Below are positions 59,865 to 64,000 of a DNA stretch of 64,000 bases, piece after piece. The position numbers and the translations under genes were made by a program. The stretch lies in the NCBI GenBank assembly GCA_965199955.1, contig CBDATQ010000002.1, forward strand, positions 768,001 through 832,000, given 5' to 3'. Below the pieces are notes generated by a model. That model saw nothing but the letters and a program-made list of their open reading frames with translations, did no database searches and was not told where the DNA came from. Position 1 is the stretch's first letter. Every line of letters begins with the position of its first letter. The stretch comes from Spirochaetia bacterium. GTDB lineage: Bacteria; Spirochaetota; Spirochaetia; SZUA-6; Bin103.

Positions 59865-60419
59865 CTACGTTTCGCCGCCGCTGTCGGTTTCCGTGGCGGA
59901 CCGCTCTTTCAGCCAGAAGCGCAGCAGCATCAGCGCCGCCACCGACAGCGCGACCACGCTCAGGCCGCCGATCCAGAAGATCGCCGGGGCCGTCTGGTCG
60001 GCCAGACGCGGCGCGTACCCGACGCCCAGGAGGGCGACCACGAAGCCGGCGACCACCGTGCCGATGCCCACCTTCGTCAGATAGGCGCGCCTGACCGCGT
60101 AGCGGCGGCCGGCGGCGCGGCCGCGCAGGATGGTCAGGTGGTCGTAGGACGCCTCCATGATCATCAGCAGCCCCAGCCCGTACGCCAGGCCAGGCCACAC
60201 CTGCACCGGCGTGCCTGCGGTCACCAGCGCCCCGGCGTGCGCCACCAGCAGCGCGAACACGCCGGCGGTGATGAACCCGGAGCGGTGCTGCTGGGCGCCG
60301 TAGACGACCGCGGCCACGCCTGCCAGCGATGCCAGCACCGTGCCCATGGTGATGCCCGCCAGGGCCAGGTTCCACGCGCCCAGGACCAGCGGCAGCCCGA
60401 GCAGGACGAGCCGGGTCAT
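59865..60419 (-). CDS. hypothetical membrane protein (MoxR operon)
   Basis: Highly hydrophobic; ATGA-type overlap with the DUF58 gene. Confidence 0.7.
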   Translation of the reverse strand: MTRLVLLGLPLVLGAWNLALAGITMGTVLASLAGVAAVVYGAQQHRSGFITAGVFALLVAHAGALVTAGTPVQVWPGLAYGLGLLMIMEASYDHLTILRGRAAGRRYAVRRAYLTKVGIGTVVAGFVVALLGVGYAPRLADQTAPAIFWIGGLSVVALSVAALMLLRFWLKERSATETDSGGET

Positions 60420-61693
60420 TGCAGCAGCAGCCGTCGGCGCCGCAGCGCGTCGATACGGGCGGCAAGGAGCTCGACCGGCTCGTCCGGCTCCAGTCGGATG
60501 ATCGGCACGCCGGCCTCGGCGAGCTGGCGGGATGCGGTGTCGGTCTCCATGCGCCACAGCGGCACCGCCACGGCTTCGCCGGGTGTGGCGCCGTAGACGG
60601 GCGCCAGCGCCAGCGCGGGGTTGATCACCACGGCCGCCACGTCGAAGCGGCGGCTGGCCAGGTTGAGCAGGGTGTCGGTGAAGCGCACGTCGATCAGGGG
60701 AGTGAAGGCGGCGATCAGCGCCTGCGACGGCAGGATCTGGCGGGGCACCTTGGTGATGTCGCGGTCGACGTCGCTCTCGCGGGCGCGCACGTCGGTGAGG
60801 AACTCCAGGATCCGGTACTGCTGCCGGGTGCCCAGGTTGGGGCTCACCCAGCGCAGCAGGCCGGACAGCTCGATGCAGCCGACGCGGTTGTTGCCGGTCA
60901 GGAAGTAGCGCGCCAGCGACGCGACGATGCGGGTCGCCTGGTCGAGCACCGTGGAGCCGAACGCGCCGGCGTCCTCGAATGCATCCAGCAGCAGCACGAC
61001 GTCGGCGTTGCGCTCGCGCGTGTACTCGTTGACGTACATGCGGCCGTTGCGCTGCGTGGCGCGCCAGTTGACGGTGCGCAGCCGGTCGCCCGGCACGTAT
61101 TCACGCATGCTCGCGAACTCCAGACCCTCGGAGGCTTCGCGTGAGGGGTAGTTGCCAACGTTCACCTGCGTGTGGAATGGCCGGACCGGCCGGCTGACGG
61201 AGTCGACGCGCGGGTAGGCCGTGCAGATCTTGGGGTCGCTCCACTCCGCCTCCCACATGATCATGCCGGAGCCTGCGTAGGCGCGGTGGAACAGCCGCCC
61301 CTGCGTGAAACGGGACCGCCGGTCGATGCGCAGGCGGTAGCGGCAGGTCTCGGTCTGTCCGGGGCCGAGCGACACGATCACGCCGTTGCGGCCGGAAACC
61401 AGCGAGGCGCCGGCCGGCAGCGGATCGACCACCTCCGCGATCGGCACCGCGGTGCCGGCATGGACGGTGAATTCGACGTCCACCTCGTCCCCTTCGAACA
61501 GGGTGAGCCGGGAGATGCTGTGGCTGAAGCGCAGGCGCGGCTGGCGGTCGCCAAGCAGTGCTGCGACGATCGCCACCGCGAACGTGGTGCCGATCATCAC
61601 CAGCTCGATGCGCCGCAGCAACGCCGCGAACACCAGGCTGACCAGGGTCAGCGCCAGGTAGACGACGAAGCGGGAGCCGAAGTGCTTGGTCAC
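60416..61693 (-). CDS. DUF58 domain protein
   Basis: GLEFASMREYVPGD.LR.VNWRAT, VVLLLD, RVG. Confidence 0.92.
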   Translation of the reverse strand: MTKHFGSRFVVYLALTLVSLVFAALLRRIELVMIGTTFAVAIVAALLGDRQPRLRFSHSISRLTLFEGDEVDVEFTVHAGTAVPIAEVVDPLPAGASLVSGRNGVIVSLGPGQTETCRYRLRIDRRSRFTQGRLFHRAYAGSGMIMWEAEWSDPKICTAYPRVDSVSRPVRPFHTQVNVGNYPSREASEGLEFASMREYVPGDRLRTVNWRATQRNGRMYVNEYTRERNADVVLLLDAFEDAGAFGSTVLDQATRIVASLARYFLTGNNRVGCIELSGLLRWVSPNLGTRQQYRILEFLTDVRARESDVDRDITKVPRQILPSQALIAAFTPLIDVRFTDTLLNLASRRFDVAAVVINPALALAPVYGATPGEAVAVPLWRMETDTASRQLAEAGVPIIRLEPDEPVELLAARIDALRRRRLLLQ

Positions 61694-61744
61694 CCTATGG
61701 CCCTGATCACCCTATGGTCCTGGTCACCCTATGATCCTGGTCAC
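61690..61744. repeat. 17-bp tandem repeat, about 3.2 copies
   Basis: tcaccctatggccctga / tcaccctatggtcctgg / tcaccctatgatcctgg / tcac. Confidence 0.9.
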
Positions 61745-62739
61745 GCTTCGGCTTGCGGTGTGGGCACCTCGTTCATCGCGTCGGTGACGATCGACTCGTC
61801 GGAGATGCCGCGGACCCAGTACTCCGGCTTCATCACGATGCGGTGAGCGAGGGCGACCACCGCCACGTCCTTGACGTCCTCCGGGGTCACGAAGTCGCGG
61901 TTGTTCAGGACCGCGTGCGCCCGCGCCAGCTTGAACAGCGCGTACACGCCGCGCGGCGAAGCGCCTACTTGCACCTTGGAGTCCTCGCGCGTGGCCCGCG
62001 TCAGGTCGACGATGTACTTGCCGATCGGCTCCGAGACGTGCACGTCCTCCAGCGCGAGCTGCATGGCCAGCAGCTCCTCGTGGGAGACGACCGGCGTCAG
62101 ATCGACCGTGTCCTCCTTGCGCTCCTGGCGCCGGCGCAGGATTTCGTACTCGTCGTCGGCGCTCGGGTAGCCGATGCTGGTGCGCATGATGAAGCGGTCG
62201 AGCTGCGCCTCCGGAAGCGGGTAGGTGCCCTCGAACTCGACCGGGTTCTGGGTGGCGATGACGACGAACGGCTTCTCCAGCGCGAAGCGCTCGCCTTCGA
62301 CGGTGACCTGCCGCTCCTGCATGGCCTCCAGCAGCGCCGACTGGGTCTTGGGCGTGGCCCGGTTGATCTCGTCGGCGAGCAGCAGGTTGGCGAACACCGG
62401 GCCCTTGCGGAACTCGAAGGCGGCATCGCGCTGGTTGTAGATGTAGCCGCCGGTGATCTCGCCCGGCAGCAGGTCCGGGGTGAACTGGATGCGCGTGAAG
62501 TGGATGTCCAGCACCTGCGCGAACGACTGCGCGATCATGGTCTTGGCCAGGCCGGGGAAGTCCTGCAGCAGGATGTGCCCGTCGGCCAGCAGTCCCATCA
62601 GGATCTGGCGCAGGACATCGTCCTTGCCGACGATGAAGCGCCCGACCTCCGCGACCGCCCGTTGCGTGGTCTCGCTGACCCGTCTCAGGTCCATGGACCC
62701 CGGCGTGGTGCCGCTGATCCGTCCAAACTCTGTGCTCAC
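61741..62739 (-). CDS. moxR: MoxR family AAA+ ATPase
   Basis: PGLAKT, RIQFTPDLLP, ADEINRATPKTQSALLEAM, ATQNPVEFEGTYPLPEAQLDRF, GASPRG. Confidence 0.96.
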   Translation of the reverse strand: MSTEFGRISGTTPGSMDLRRVSETTQRAVAEVGRFIVGKDDVLRQILMGLLADGHILLQDFPGLAKTMIAQSFAQVLDIHFTRIQFTPDLLPGEITGGYIYNQRDAAFEFRKGPVFANLLLADEINRATPKTQSALLEAMQERQVTVEGERFALEKPFVVIATQNPVEFEGTYPLPEAQLDRFIMRTSIGYPSADDEYEILRRRQERKEDTVDLTPVVSHEELLAMQLALEDVHVSEPIGKYIVDLTRATREDSKVQVGASPRGVYALFKLARAHAVLNNRDFVTPEDVKDVAVVALAHRIVMKPEYWVRGISDESIVTDAMNEVPTPQAEA

Positions 62740-62754
62740 TCGGTCACTCCTGTG

Positions 62755-63339
62755 TCACGTGATGTGCTCCGCATCCGCCTGGTCCAGCTCCTGTACCACG
62801 CCGGCGAGCTGCGCAAGCGGGACACCCCGCCGTGTCAGCCGTTCCGGCAGCCGATCGGCCAGCTTGTCGCCGGGCCGTCCGAGCGCTTCGATGCGGTCGA
62901 GGATGCGGCCGCGTTCGGCGGTGCTCACCAGATCGGACGCGACCGCCACGAGCCGGGGCAGGAACACGCGCCGGTAGTAGCGCTTGCTGGTCTGCGAGAG
63001 CTCGAGCTCCGCGGTGATCTTTGTCAACGGCGTCGGCACCGCGGGCTGGCCGCGCCGGGCGGCCTGCTCGCTCAGCACCCGTTCCAGCCGCGGGGCTTCG
63101 TGGAATGCCAGCTCGCTCTGCACCGAGCTCACGGCCACCACCGCGGCCAGCGAGGCGACCGCGGCGCCGATCGCGAGCATCACCTCGTCCAGGTCCTGCA
63201 CGCCGGAGGTGAAGGTCACCAGCAGCACCAGTCCGGCGGTGAGTGCCGCCAGGCCGACCGTGCTCAGCAGGCGCCGCGTACGGCTGCGTCCCGTCCGGCG
63301 GGCGCGGAACGCCGAAGGTCCCCAAGTGGAGCTGCTCAT
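62755..63339 (-). CDS. hypothetical membrane protein (MoxR operon)
   Basis: Two TMs, then ..PRLVAVA..RRGVPLAQLAGVVQEL, as seen in MoxR-associated proteins. Confidence 0.65.
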   Translation of the reverse strand: MSSSTWGPSAFRARRTGRSRTRRLLSTVGLAALTAGLVLLVTFTSGVQDLDEVMLAIGAAVASLAAVVAVSSVQSELAFHEAPRLERVLSEQAARRGQPAVPTPLTKITAELELSQTSKRYYRRVFLPRLVAVASDLVSTAERGRILDRIEALGRPGDKLADRLPERLTRRGVPLAQLAGVVQELDQADAEHIT

Positions 63340-63402
63340 CCGGGTTCGCAGGGTAGCACCGCGGGCGCGATGCGATAAAGCAATCTGCGGTAAGGTCGGC
63401 TC

Positions 63403-64000
63403 ATGACCGAGGGGCTGACCGGCATCGGGACGTACGCGTTCCGGCCCGGCGAGTGGCGGGACGACGGACAGGGGCGGGAGACGCTGCGCACGCGCGAGGC
63501 GCGCGCCGCGTGGAACCCGCTGATCGACTGGGAGGAGGTTCATCCGGGCAACCGGGGGGTCACCCGCGACGGCCGCTACGAGCTGTTCGACGCGCCGGTC
63601 GGGGTGCGCCTGGCGGTCGAGCCGGCCAGCAAGTCGGAGGCGCTGATCCGCTCCGACCCCGCGGTGGAGGGCGGCGGCGGGCTGCACAACGTGCTCGCCT
63701 GGCACGACGGCGACTACCACATCCTGTACGGCTCCTTCCCGCCGGACGGCAGCTCCGCGCTGCGCTACGCGCGCTCGCCCGACGGCTACCGCTTCAAGAA
63801 GACGCCGGTGGGCGGCAGGTCCGATAACGTCACCGGCGGACCGGCCCACTGCGGGATGTTCATCGACCCGACCGCCGAACCGGCCGAGCGCTTCAAGGCG
63901 ATGCGGATGGCCGGCGGCTACTTCGATCCCGACACGAACGAGCTGCTGCCGTCGGGCGAGTGGCAGAGACGCATGGCGGCGGCCGACTACGCGGGCGCCG
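63403..64000 (+). CDS. hypothetical beta-propeller (GH-like) protein, 3'-partial
   Basis: Open frame from ATG 63403 to the window end; YARSPDG Asp-box-like motif, FIDPTAEPAERFKA. Confidence 0.6.
   Translation, partial: MTEGLTGIGTYAFRPGEWRDDGQGRETLRTREARAAWNPLIDWEEVHPGNRGVTRDGRYELFDAPVGVRLAVEPASKSEALIRSDPAVEGGGGLHNVLAWHDGDYHILYGSFPPDGSSALRYARSPDGYRFKKTPVGGRSDNVTGGPAHCGMFIDPTAEPAERFKAMRMAGGYFDPDTNELLPSGEWQRRMAAADYAGA

Noticed and set aside
61690..61744. Short repeats as a mini-CRISPR
   Set aside because: The units are contiguous 17-mers with no spacers, and there are no cas genes.

Overview
High-GC (codon-biased) bacterial chromosomal segment of about 60 intact genes. No rRNA, tRNA or CRISPR array is recognisable. 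Most genes are catabolic or transport functions: four PhyH-family dioxygenases, three SDRs, a sulfatase, amidohydrolases, two enolase-superfamily enzymes, a sugar ABC importer, a YknWXYZ/MacAB-like exporter, two MFS transporters and a MoxR/DUF58 operon. A DNA-repair set is also present: xth, nth, a LigC-type ligase, a stand-alone LigD-type primase-polymerase, and a divergently transcribed PolX whose polymerase triad looks dead while its PHP domain is intact. No Ku gene is in the window. About a dozen decayed accessory remnants sit between the intact genes, mostly at convergent gene junctions: a DNA methyltransferase, a GmrSD-like gene, a group II intron fused to an ATPase, GT2/GtrA+TPR, a collapsed ABC operon, a sulfotransferase, a GNAT and several orphan antitoxins. 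Many were shortened by internal deletions that appear to join short microhomologies. At least 11 genes have a TANNNT hexamer 6-8 nt before the start codon with no clear SD, which suggests widespread leaderless mRNAs. The gene content resembles marine sponge symbionts, possibly Spirochaetaceae; that is an inference. All family calls come from motif recognition by eye, with no database search.
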